Shown here: in pieces, positions 44,764 to 53,581 of the stretch | How positions within the stretch are numbered: the first letter of the stretch is position 1 | How the letters are laid out: every line of letters starts with the position of its first letter | DNA from: an uncultured Smithella sp. | Lineage (GTDB): Bacteria; Desulfobacterota; Syntrophia; Syntrophales; Smithellaceae | Assembly: GCA_964394185.1 (NCBI GenBank) | Contig: CAYMWM010000003.1 | Span: 1,193-65,192 of the forward strand | DNA: 64,000 nucleotides | Direction: 5' to 3' | Program-made: the position numbers and the translations under genes | Notes under the pieces: generated by a model | What the model was told of the DNA's origin: nothing | Database searches by the model: none | Seen by the model: the letters and a program-made list of their open reading frames with translations, nothing else

Positions 44764-46155
44764 TTGAAGCCGACCCCTAAACCTTTCGAATATCTCAAGT
44801 GGAGCGCTGATTTCCTGAATCTGGGCTATTACGTCAGTGTTTTCCCCTCTCTGGCTTACTGGTCGATGAAGTTAACCAGGCCTCTCTATGTTCAGGGGGA
44901 GAATTTTTTTAACCGCAAGGTGCGCTGGTCGTTTCTCACCATGGGTGCCGGCGTTGCTCCACCTGAAGACATTCGTGCCTACCGTTATGGAGTAAGGGCT
45001 TTTGTTGATAATTTTAAAAATGCCATGAAGGCGAATGAGGATGGCAAGCCGGTTGTGTGGGTCGAATGGATACTGTCCTCCGAAATCGTCGGGGCCTTCG
45101 ATGCTGTAGCTTTCAACCCGGAAACGCTCAGCGTGTTCGGAAATATGTCCGGTAAGGACATACCGTCTATGTTGATAGAAGAAGCGGAAAGCAGAGGGTT
45201 TGCTTCCGAATATTGTTCTGCCATCAAAGTCACGGCGGGAGCCTACATGCTGGGACAAAGCCCGCAGCCTGCGGCAATAGTTGCAGGCTCTCATCCCTGT
45301 GATACGAATGTTTCCGCATATCAGAGTATTGCCCATCTTACGGGAGCACCGGTCTATTATTTTGATGCCCCCTACTGGAGGGACGAGGATTCCTATAATT
45401 ACTACGAAACAAGAATGTGGGATCTTGTCGCCTTTTTGGAAAAAAATCTTCACCAGAAAATCGACTGGGACAGGCTCAAGCAGATTGTGGATAATGAAAA
45501 CAAATTTAATTTTTATCTGCACGAAATCTGTGAGATGATGCGGGCCGTTCCTGCCCCGGCCAGCATGATTACGCTTGTTTTTGCCTGGATCGTGCGGGAA
45601 ATAGGTATCGGTGATTCCAACGGAACCGAGATGGCCAGACTCATGTATGAAAACACCAAAGACCGTTACAAAAACGGCAGGGGTGTTGTCAAAAAGGAAA
45701 ACATTCGCGTCTTATGGTGGAATCCGCCCATCGCTTTTTTCAGCTATGTTTTTAAGTGGATGGAAGATGAGTTTGGTGCCGTTGTTGTCAAAGATTTTAT
45801 TGGCGATGTTCAGGTGCCCCAGATTGATACCTCCACGGAAAAAACCATGATTCGCGGATTGGCGGAGAACCATCTCTTTCTGGCAATGGCCAGACAATGC
45901 CGTGGACCGGTGGAATTCATTATCGAGGAGTTGGAGCAGGCCATCGAAGAATATTCGCCAGACTGCCTGATTTTTGCCGGACACGCGGGTTGCAAACATG
46001 GCTGGGGCGTTATCGGCATTATCAAGGATGTACTGAAAAAGCGGGGCCTGCCGTCTTTATTTATGAACATGGACATCATGGATCAGAGGCACGCCACAGA
46101 AGATGATATCAAAGGCTGGATAAGGGAATTTTTCAGGAGCAATGGATTCGCATGA
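44764..46155 (+). CDS. HGD-D family large (HgdA/BcrB-like) subunit, third set
   Basis: EYCSAIKVTAG, SHPCDTNVSAY and GHAGCKHGWG Cys segments. The TTG at 44764 follows AAGGAGGA; the track uses the TTG at 44740. Confidence 0.75.
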   Translation: MKPTPKPFEYLKWSADFLNLGYYVSVFPSLAYWSMKLTRPLYVQGENFFNRKVRWSFLTMGAGVAPPEDIRAYRYGVRAFVDNFKNAMKANEDGKPVVWVEWILSSEIVGAFDAVAFNPETLSVFGNMSGKDIPSMLIEEAESRGFASEYCSAIKVTAGAYMLGQSPQPAAIVAGSHPCDTNVSAYQSIAHLTGAPVYYFDAPYWRDEDSYNYYETRMWDLVAFLEKNLHQKIDWDRLKQIVDNENKFNFYLHEICEMMRAVPAPASMITLVFAWIVREIGIGDSNGTEMARLMYENTKDRYKNGRGVVKKENIRVLWWNPPIAFFSYVFKWMEDEFGAVVVKDFIGDVQVPQIDTSTEKTMIRGLAENHLFLAMARQCRGPVEFIIEELEQAIEEYSPDCLIFAGHAGCKHGWGVIGIIKDVLKKRGLPSLFMNMDIMDQRHATEDDIKGWIREFFRSNGFA

Positions 46156-47339
46156 AAACAATACTTGATAAAACAAAAGAAATCTCCTCTTCGACTTCCA
46201 ACCATTATCTGGACGAAGCCAAAAAACAGGGAAAGGGCATTATCGGATATTTTTGCTCTTATATGCCTGAAGAAATCATTCATGCCGCCGGATTTATTCC
46301 GTACCGCATGCGCGCGGTGAAAAGCAAGGGAACAACGAAAGCTGACGCTTATTATTCTTCAATCAATTGTACCTTTGTCAAACATTGCTTCAATAAGGCA
46401 TTAAACGGCGAATTTGATTTTCTTGACGGCGTGGTTTTTCTCAACGGCTGCGATCATTCCCGGCGTATGTATGATAACTGGCGTTATGCCGGAATCAGAC
46501 ATTCATTCCTGCATATGTTTTTTGTGCCTCATGTTATCAGCGATAGTGCTTATGAACATTTCACTCTTGAGTGCAAAAAGCTCAAGTCATCTCTGGAAAA
46601 TCATTTTAAGGTGTCCATTAGCGACGATACACTCAGGAAATCAATCGGTCTTTATAACGAGAAGCGGCGGCTTTTGACGGAGATTTATGCCTTGAGAAAG
46701 AAAAAAGATGTTCCCGCCAAAGCCAGCGAGATTTTGGGCGTTTTACTGGCAATCACGGCGGTACCTCTCGAACTGGCCTTAGAAATACTGACAGAAGTAA
46801 AAGATTTTCTTAAAGGGCGTGTCGTTTCCAAACCCGGGGAACCACGTCTTTTTCTCTCAGGAGGTTGTATCGAGGAGATAGAGCATCTGGAACTCATCGA
46901 AGATTGCGGCGCTTCCATTGTGGCCGATAACATCTGCCTGGGCACGCGTCATTTTCTGGGTGAAGTGGAGCTGGAAGGAGATCCCTGGCAGGCTGTCGCT
47001 CATCGATACTTAAATCATCTTTCCTGCCCGCGAATGATGGGCGAATTTAACCGGAGATTTGATTATTTAATGAATATTAAAGATGAATACAGCATTGATG
47101 GCATCATCATTGAAAAATTGAAGTTTTGTGATTTATGGGGAGGGGAAATATATCTCTATCGCGCAGAATCAAAAAACAAAAATATTCCTTTGCTGTTCAT
47201 GGAGAGGGAAGTATATGGAGGCGGCACCGGACAGATCAAAACAAGGGTACAGGCTTTTCTGGAAAAGATTAAGAATAAGCAAACGACGGATGAGAGTTTA
47301 GTTCAGGCGGCCGGAGCTGATTATAGACCAAAATTATGA
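46152..47339 (+). CDS. HGD-D family small (HgdB/BcrC-like) subunit, third set
   Basis: GYFCSYMPEEIIHAAGFIPYRM N-terminal motif, LNGCDHSRRM and LKFCDLWG. 395 aa. Confidence 0.8.
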   Translation: MKTILDKTKEISSSTSNHYLDEAKKQGKGIIGYFCSYMPEEIIHAAGFIPYRMRAVKSKGTTKADAYYSSINCTFVKHCFNKALNGEFDFLDGVVFLNGCDHSRRMYDNWRYAGIRHSFLHMFFVPHVISDSAYEHFTLECKKLKSSLENHFKVSISDDTLRKSIGLYNEKRRLLTEIYALRKKKDVPAKASEILGVLLAITAVPLELALEILTEVKDFLKGRVVSKPGEPRLFLSGGCIEEIEHLELIEDCGASIVADNICLGTRHFLGEVELEGDPWQAVAHRYLNHLSCPRMMGEFNRRFDYLMNIKDEYSIDGIIIEKLKFCDLWGGEIYLYRAESKNKNIPLLFMEREVYGGGTGQIKTRVQAFLEKIKNKQTTDESLVQAAGADYRPKL

Positions 47340-47359
47340 AGTAAATAAGGAAGGAAATT

Positions 47360-48724
47360 ATGAACAAAGCAGGAAGTGATTACGAATACATAATCGTCGG
47401 TACGGGACCCGGAGGCGGTCCTGTGGCCAGAGAGTTAGCCAGAGCGGGCAAAAAAGTGCTCATGGTGGAAAAAGGAGATTACCACAAAAAGTTTCTTGGT
47501 CTTCCCTTTGGTATCCGATTATTGGAACGTTATATGCTTTTTGCAAGGTCCTTGGAAGGCGTAATTATCGAGCGCGGCATTACGGTCGGCGGTTCTTCCA
47601 TGGTTTACCAGTCCAACGTCATGGAACCTCCCAAAAAGTTGATAGACAATATGGGAATAGATTTCAGCCCGGAGGCAAAGGAACTCAAAAGTGAAATCGG
47701 TGTCGAGGTCCTGCCGGAGCGCTTTTACCGGAACAACAAGGGGCTGTCCCGGATGCTGGAAGCGGCCGAAAAGATGGGTATACCCTTCCGGGAGCAGGAA
47801 AAATTCGTTCATGCCGATAAGTGCAAACTGGGCTGCGACTGGTGCATGCTGGGTTGTCCGGAAAATGCCCGCTGGACAACAAGAGAGCATGTGGAAGAGG
47901 CAAAGTCATACGGCGCCGGACTCATTTATAATTCGCCCGTCCACAATGTCCTTTTTAATGCTGGTAAAACAAAGGCAACCGGGGTGCAGTTGAGTAACGG
48001 TACCGTCATCAACGGTGATAACGTCATTCTCGCCGCCGGAGGAATCGGTTCTCCGGCCATTCTCTTAAGATCGGGAATAAAAAAATTGGGAACACAGGAC
48101 GTAGGGACGAGATTCTTCATGGATCCCATGAACATCATGCTGGGTTACAGTAAAGATCCTGACGGTGGATTGTGGGGGATACAGACCTTCACGCACGCCA
48201 TTGAATCTATGGCTCAGAGCGAAGGCTTTATGATCGGGAACTGTTCCGCCTTCGGAACATGGACGGTTTTATCTTTCTTCCGCTTGAAAACAGCAAAAGA
48301 AAATCTGCCCAAATTCCCTATCATGAGAAGGGGGATGGGATTATTTCTGAAACTCTCCGACGAAGCGCGCGGTCAGATTTATCCAAATGAAAAAACCAGC
48401 AAGCCGTTCACGGAAGTCGATGAGAAGAAGCTGAAGAAAGGAACGGATATTATGCGGGAGATCATTATAAAATCGGGTGGTGATCCCAAAACGATTTCCA
48501 TTCTCAAGTGGGCAGGCGGTCATCCCGGCGGGACGCTTGCTATGGGGCAGGCGGTCAACAGGGATTTCTCAACCGAGATTGAGAATCTCTATGTCTGCGA
48601 CGGCAGCACCATGCCCGTGTCGCCCGGCGCTCCGCCTTCGCTTTCCATTTGTTCCATGTCAAAGCTTCTGGGAAAGATGCTTTTGGGCAAGGTGAAGGCT
48701 GAAGAACGGTTCGTAAATAAATAA
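47360..48724 (+). CDS. GMC-family FAD-dependent oxidoreductase
   Basis: YIIVGTGPGGGPVARELA..KVLMVEKG (FAD ADP-binding motif) and C-terminal LYVCDGSTMPVSPGAPPSLSI, typical of the GMC C-terminal domain. Confidence 0.8.
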   Translation: MNKAGSDYEYIIVGTGPGGGPVARELARAGKKVLMVEKGDYHKKFLGLPFGIRLLERYMLFARSLEGVIIERGITVGGSSMVYQSNVMEPPKKLIDNMGIDFSPEAKELKSEIGVEVLPERFYRNNKGLSRMLEAAEKMGIPFREQEKFVHADKCKLGCDWCMLGCPENARWTTREHVEEAKSYGAGLIYNSPVHNVLFNAGKTKATGVQLSNGTVINGDNVILAAGGIGSPAILLRSGIKKLGTQDVGTRFFMDPMNIMLGYSKDPDGGLWGIQTFTHAIESMAQSEGFMIGNCSAFGTWTVLSFFRLKTAKENLPKFPIMRRGMGLFLKLSDEARGQIYPNEKTSKPFTEVDEKKLKKGTDIMREIIIKSGGDPKTISILKWAGGHPGGTLAMGQAVNRDFSTEIENLYVCDGSTMPVSPGAPPSLSICSMSKLLGKMLLGKVKAEERFVNK

Positions 48725-48919
48725 CGACAATTCCTTTAAGGGGATTAACTTTCTGATATACGGAAAAGTTCTAAGAAAGTTCTTAAAGAGCATTTTAGCC
48801 CGAATGTTGTTCATATTGAAAAACTGAGCAAGGAAAAGGAGTAAATCAATAGTATTTTGTTGACATAATTATTTTCATCCTGTAGCGTCGACAATAATCA
48901 TTATTAAAAAAGAGAAACA

Positions 48920-49309
48920 ATGGCTGAAAATCACGGAGAAGAAAAGCCTTACAAAATCAAGTTTGAACAGCGTGAAGGCTACGTGTACGCTTACGGTCAG
49001 GCGAAACAGGATAGTTTTGACACGTCACTTGGCTTCTGGATGGATATAGCGGCATATTGTAAAGAAAACCATGTTTCCAGAGTGCTTGTCGAGGAAGATT
49101 TCGGGACGGACAACTCGATGATGGATACTTATGAAATTATGATTCAGGGACAAAAGATTGGCTTTATTGGTGTAAAGGTAGCCTTTGTAGATCGTCATCC
49201 CAATCACATGGACACTAATCTGTTTGCCGAAACTGTGGCCCTGAATCGCGGTCTCATAGCTAAAGTGTTTTCCAACATCAAAGAAGCCGAAAAATGGCTC
49301 CTTTCATAA
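48920..49309 (+). CDS. Hypothetical protein (129 aa)
   Basis: Stand-alone ORF with its own intergenic regions. No motif recognised. Confidence 0.45.
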   Translation: MAENHGEEKPYKIKFEQREGYVYAYGQAKQDSFDTSLGFWMDIAAYCKENHVSRVLVEEDFGTDNSMMDTYEIMIQGQKIGFIGVKVAFVDRHPNHMDTNLFAETVALNRGLIAKVFSNIKEAEKWLLS

Positions 49310-49380
49310 ATCAATCGTAATTAATCAATTTTTTGTTCAGTCAGAATAATTCTTTTATGTTAAGAGTATAAAAGCTTTCA

Positions 49381-50148
49381 TTATTCCTGCGGTTGTTTGG
49401 CAGTTAATGGAACGCTGTTCTGAACCAGCTTGCCGCGGGCAACCTGGCGTTGTGCTATCAGGATTGCCCGATATTTCTCCACATCCATGGCTGTATTTTT
49501 ATCGGAGTTTATCAGAAAATCCATCAGCAATTTTTTTTTGATGGCAATGAATTGTTCCATATCTTCTTTGTTGACGCATTCCAAGTATATACGGAGTATA
49601 TTTCTTCGCAGAGGTCTCGATGAATTAAATATGAGCATCAGTACCGTGTTGTTGACTGCAGCGGCAATAAGATCCTGCTCATCCAGCCAAAGTTCAATAA
49701 GTTTTTCTTTATCGTCAAAACTGTTTATTTCGATATCCATCAGGTCGGACATGGCCTTAAGGTCGCGGGATGAAGCACGCTGGGCGGCCAGTTTCAGCAT
49801 TTCGGGGAACAAAATAATCCACCATTCCCATACTTCATCAATCATGAACATATCCATATCGATGTCTTTGCCCTGTTCTGATTTATTATGGGAGAAAAGA
49901 ACACGCAAGAAATCAATGCCGGCGTGTTTTAAAAAATCCTTTACATAGATTCCGTCTCCGGGACGTATATCCAGCAATTCCATTGCCTCCAGTTGCTTTA
50001 GCGCCACGCGTAAAGATGTCCTGTCCACATTCATGGAATTGGAAAGTTCCCGTTCTGACTGGAGTTTTTCACCTGGCTGGAGTTTGCGCAGAAAAATATC
50101 ACGCATGAGGACTGTTGAGACCTTCTGGTGGGTTTGCTTATTAGCCAT
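49381..50148 (-). CDS. GntR-family (FadR/FCD-type) transcriptional regulator
   Basis: N-terminal wHTH LQPGEKLQSERELSNSMNVDRTSLRVALKQLEAMELLDIRPGDGIYV and an all-helical C-terminal domain. Divergent from the thiolase operon. Confidence 0.85.
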   Translation of the reverse strand: MANKQTHQKVSTVLMRDIFLRKLQPGEKLQSERELSNSMNVDRTSLRVALKQLEAMELLDIRPGDGIYVKDFLKHAGIDFLRVLFSHNKSEQGKDIDMDMFMIDEVWEWWIILFPEMLKLAAQRASSRDLKAMSDLMDIEINSFDDKEKLIELWLDEQDLIAAAVNNTVLMLIFNSSRPLRRNILRIYLECVNKEDMEQFIAIKKKLLMDFLINSDKNTAMDVEKYRAILIAQRQVARGKLVQNSVPLTAKQPQE

Positions 50149-50208
50149 TGATATTAAAATCCTCCGGATAAGATATTAAACCAGTAATGTCATTATTTAG
50201 TTATTTTC

Positions 50209-50237
50209 TTGACAAAATCAAGTAAAATATGTATAAA
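50209..50237 (+). promoter_or_regulatory. Near-consensus sigma70-type promoter for the thiolase operon
   Basis: TTGACA (50209-50214), a 17-nt spacer, then TATAAA (50232-50237). Confidence 0.45.
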
Positions 50238-50238
50238 C

Positions 50239-50249
50239 TGGTTAAACCA
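50239..50249. promoter_or_regulatory. Palindrome TGGTTaAACCA, candidate GntR/FadR-type operator
   Basis: Perfect 5+1+5 palindrome immediately downstream of the -10 hexamer. An inverted partial copy AAACCAGT lies at 50178-50185. Confidence 0.4.
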
Positions 50250-50292
50250 ATACGGTGAATAGATAAGACCAAATAATGTGGGGTTCAATTTT

Positions 50293-51699
50293 ATGAGAGA
50301 TGTATATGTTATAGGTGCTCATACTATCAAATTTGGAAAGTATTTTGATAAGAGCATTAAAGATCTTGCTGCCGATACGGTCATTCCCTGCCTGACAGAT
50401 GCCAATCTTGAAAAAAAAGATATACAGGCTCTCTGGTTTTCCAATTCCGCCTGGGGATATTATAAAAGTCAGGATTGTATCAGGGCACAATGTGCTCTCC
50501 GTCCCATCGGAGTAGAAGCCATTCCCATGACTAATGTGGAAAACGCCTGCGCCGGAGGTTCTACGGCTTTTCATCATGCATGGATGGGTGTTGCCAGTGG
50601 TCTTTATGACATTACCATGGCCGTGGGTGCCGAGAAAATCAACCATCCCAATAAAATGAAAATCTTTGCAGGATTTTTAACGGGTCTGGATATCGAGAAC
50701 ATCGGTAACAATATCGACAGTATGACTACTTTCTTCATGACGGATGAAGACAAAAAAAATATGCAGGAATGTGTGGCGAAATATTCGGCTCAAGTAAAGA
50801 AAGAAAAGGGTAAAAAGAAAAGGAAACAATCCTTTAAGGAAAAATTGGATGAATATTACAATATGTTTACTGTGTACATTCACCTGAAGGATAATCTGGG
50901 CAATGAAACGGTCAGCAAGCTGCGCAAAATGATGGGAGGCGGAGATCATTCTCCCTTCATGGATGTCTATGCTTACGCGGCGCGGCAGCACATGAAAAAA
51001 TTCGGTTCTACTTTCGAACAACTGGGTATTATAGCTTCTAAAAACCATTTCCATTCTTCACTTAATCCCAACGCTCAGTATAATTTCCTCGTTTCTCTGG
51101 AACAGGTGCTGGCCGACCGGATGGTCAGCTGGCCATTTACAAGGGCGATGTGCGCGCCAATCGGGGACGGTGCCGCGTCGGCAATTCTTTGTGATGGAGA
51201 AACGGTAAAAAAGTTGGGGCTAACGTCGCAGGCGGTCAAGGTGCGCGCGTCTATTCTCGGTTCAGGACGTGCACGCTCTTTCGATGATATTGATATCGGT
51301 GAACGTTTGAGCAAAATAGCTTATGAGAAGGCTGGGCTTGGTCCGCAGGACATGCATTTTGCCGAAGTGCATGACGCGACCGCTTATGGCGAACTTCATC
51401 AGTCGGAGGCTTTGGGTTTCTGCAAGGAAGGTGAAGGAGGAATCTTTGCTGAAAGTGGTGCGACGAAGCTTGGCGGCAAGGTTCCGATTAACATCAGCGG
51501 CGGGCTGGAATCGCGCGGCCATCCTATCGGAGCTTCGGGACTGGCGCAGATTCACGAGCTGGTTACACAGCTTCGCGGCAATGCCGGTTCCCGGCAGGTG
51601 CAGAGGGCGAAAATCGCGATAGCCGAAAACGGCGGCGGAGCACTGGGACAGGAAGAAGCCGCAATGTGCATCCATATCCTGGAGGCTCCTTCGAAGTAA
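50293..51699 (+). CDS. SCP-x/Ltp-type thiolase-family protein
   Basis: NVENACAGGSTAF (nucleophilic Cys region), HDATAYGE and GHPIGASGL..ENGGGA C-terminal motifs. The ATG at 50293 (MRDVYVIG); the track ORF starts at GTG 50278. Confidence 0.85.
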   Translation: MRDVYVIGAHTIKFGKYFDKSIKDLAADTVIPCLTDANLEKKDIQALWFSNSAWGYYKSQDCIRAQCALRPIGVEAIPMTNVENACAGGSTAFHHAWMGVASGLYDITMAVGAEKINHPNKMKIFAGFLTGLDIENIGNNIDSMTTFFMTDEDKKNMQECVAKYSAQVKKEKGKKKRKQSFKEKLDEYYNMFTVYIHLKDNLGNETVSKLRKMMGGGDHSPFMDVYAYAARQHMKKFGSTFEQLGIIASKNHFHSSLNPNAQYNFLVSLEQVLADRMVSWPFTRAMCAPIGDGAASAILCDGETVKKLGLTSQAVKVRASILGSGRARSFDDIDIGERLSKIAYEKAGLGPQDMHFAEVHDATAYGELHQSEALGFCKEGEGGIFAESGATKLGGKVPINISGGLESRGHPIGASGLAQIHELVTQLRGNAGSRQVQRAKIAIAENGGGALGQEEAAMCIHILEAPSK

Positions 51700-51756
51700 T
51701 TATTTTCAATTATTGGGGAGGATAGAGCCATCGAAAGAAGCAGTTTACAACGAGGT

Positions 51757-53475
51757 TTGAGGATTGCCGAAATAGGCAAGGATGTTTTAAAAACTTTTGG
51801 CAGATTCGTCAAAGAGGAAATTTCCCGTGGTACTTTGATGAAAAATCTTGAAGGGCTCAGCAGGGTTAAAATACCTGTGGATATGTCTTGGGCGGCGCTC
51901 CTTGAAGAGCGCGCCGCTCAGTTTCCGGATAAAACATTCCTGCTTTATGAAAATGAACGCTTTACCTACAGCCAGATGGATCAGAACGCCAACAAAGTGG
52001 CGAATCTGATAAAGTCTTTCGGCGGCGTTCAGGGCAAGGGTATCGGCATTTTCATGAAAAACTCTCCCCGTTATCTGGATGTATTCTTCGGAGTTCAGAA
52101 AATTGGTATGTATGTGGTGCCGCTTAATCCCGAACTGAAGGGTGATGGCCTGCAGTATGTCATTGACCACAGCGATGTGGAATTCCTTGTCGTGGACGGT
52201 GAGCTGTTTGAAACACTGGAAGCCGTGAAGAAAAACCTCCCCAAGTTGAGACATGTATTCGTTAATGATTGTGAACCGGGTACCAAAGATATAAAAGTTC
52301 CCTTCGGAATAAAAAAATTAAGCGCTGCCAGGGAATATCCTGGCACCAATCCGGGTGTTGGTTACAATCTCGAAGATAAGTGCCTCATTATGTACACCTC
52401 GGGAACAACCGGAAGAGCCAAAGGCGTGGTCTACCGTTACGGCCGTTCCAGTGTGAAGAAGCTATCGTTGCTCTCCGGCCTGTTTGTCAAATCCGATGAT
52501 GTTTACTATACGGCCATGCAGCTATGCCACGGCAACGCCATGTTCCTGACGGTGACATTTTCATTGGCCGGTGGCAGTACGGTTGCGCTGGCGCGTAAAT
52601 TTTCCGCCAGCCGTTTCTGGGAAGACATACGCTGCTACAACGTTACCATATTTAATGTCATCGGTTCCATGGTGCCGATCCTGATGAAGCAGCCGCCCGG
52701 TCCCCTGGATTCGCAAAATCATGTACGTTGCGTCATTTCGGCCGCCTGTCCCGCCGATATGTGGGAAGCCTTTGAAAAGAGATTCGGCCTGACAATTTAT
52801 GAAGGTTATGGAGCGGTGGACGGGGGCGGCAAGGTGATTATGAATATCGGTACCGGACCCGTGGGTTCCATTGGCAAACCGTCGAAGAGTATCGGTGAAA
52901 TCCGTCTCATTGATTCCCATGGGAAGGATGTGAAAAAAGGGGAGCCCGGAGAACTTGTCTTTGTCCTCGGAAACAAAAAGAAAAATTCGGAAAAGAAAAA
53001 TGAATCCGGTGATGGAGTCGAATATTACAAAAACGAGCAGGCGACCGGTGAAAAGAACAAGGATGGCTTTCTTTACACAGGAGATCTCCTGCGTAGCGAT
53101 GAAAAAGGATATCTTTACTTTGTCGGCCGGAATACCGAAAGTATGCGCAAAGGCGGTGAGAATGTCAGCGCTTTTGAAGTGGAACATGTGATTATGGATC
53201 ATCCAGCAGTAGAAGAGGTTGCCGTTTACGCGGTGCCTTCCGAAATGGCTGAAGATGAAATCATGGCTTCCATCAAACTGGTAGAGGGGATGACACTGGA
53301 TCCCAAAGAGCTGATGGCCTTTCTCAAAGACCGTCTGGCCAAGTATGCCGTGCCACGCTATATTCGCTTTGTTACAGAATTTCCCATGACCAATTCCTTC
53401 AGGGTCGTGAAAAAAGAACTCGAAAAAATCGGCGTTACGCCGGACACTTTTGACGCTCAGAAAAACAAGGGGTAA
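51757..53475 (+). CDS. AMP-forming acyl-CoA synthetase/ligase (ANL superfamily)
   Basis: IMYTSGTTGRAKGV (AMP-binding P-loop), YGAVDGG, YTGDL and a GGENVS region. The start is TTG 51757 or ATG 51838. Confidence 0.85.
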   Translation: MRIAEIGKDVLKTFGRFVKEEISRGTLMKNLEGLSRVKIPVDMSWAALLEERAAQFPDKTFLLYENERFTYSQMDQNANKVANLIKSFGGVQGKGIGIFMKNSPRYLDVFFGVQKIGMYVVPLNPELKGDGLQYVIDHSDVEFLVVDGELFETLEAVKKNLPKLRHVFVNDCEPGTKDIKVPFGIKKLSAAREYPGTNPGVGYNLEDKCLIMYTSGTTGRAKGVVYRYGRSSVKKLSLLSGLFVKSDDVYYTAMQLCHGNAMFLTVTFSLAGGSTVALARKFSASRFWEDIRCYNVTIFNVIGSMVPILMKQPPGPLDSQNHVRCVISAACPADMWEAFEKRFGLTIYEGYGAVDGGGKVIMNIGTGPVGSIGKPSKSIGEIRLIDSHGKDVKKGEPGELVFVLGNKKKNSEKKNESGDGVEYYKNEQATGEKNKDGFLYTGDLLRSDEKGYLYFVGRNTESMRKGGENVSAFEVEHVIMDHPAVEEVAVYAVPSEMAEDEIMASIKLVEGMTLDPKELMAFLKDRLAKYAVPRYIRFVTEFPMTNSFRVVKKELEKIGVTPDTFDAQKNKG

Positions 53476-53581
53476 GAGGCTCCGGCGTTTTACCCCCTGA
53501 ATATATGAAGCTATTCCTTTAATTTAATTATAAGCAGTTTTGATTTCGAATAAAGCATTAGTATATCCAAAGGGAGGATGC

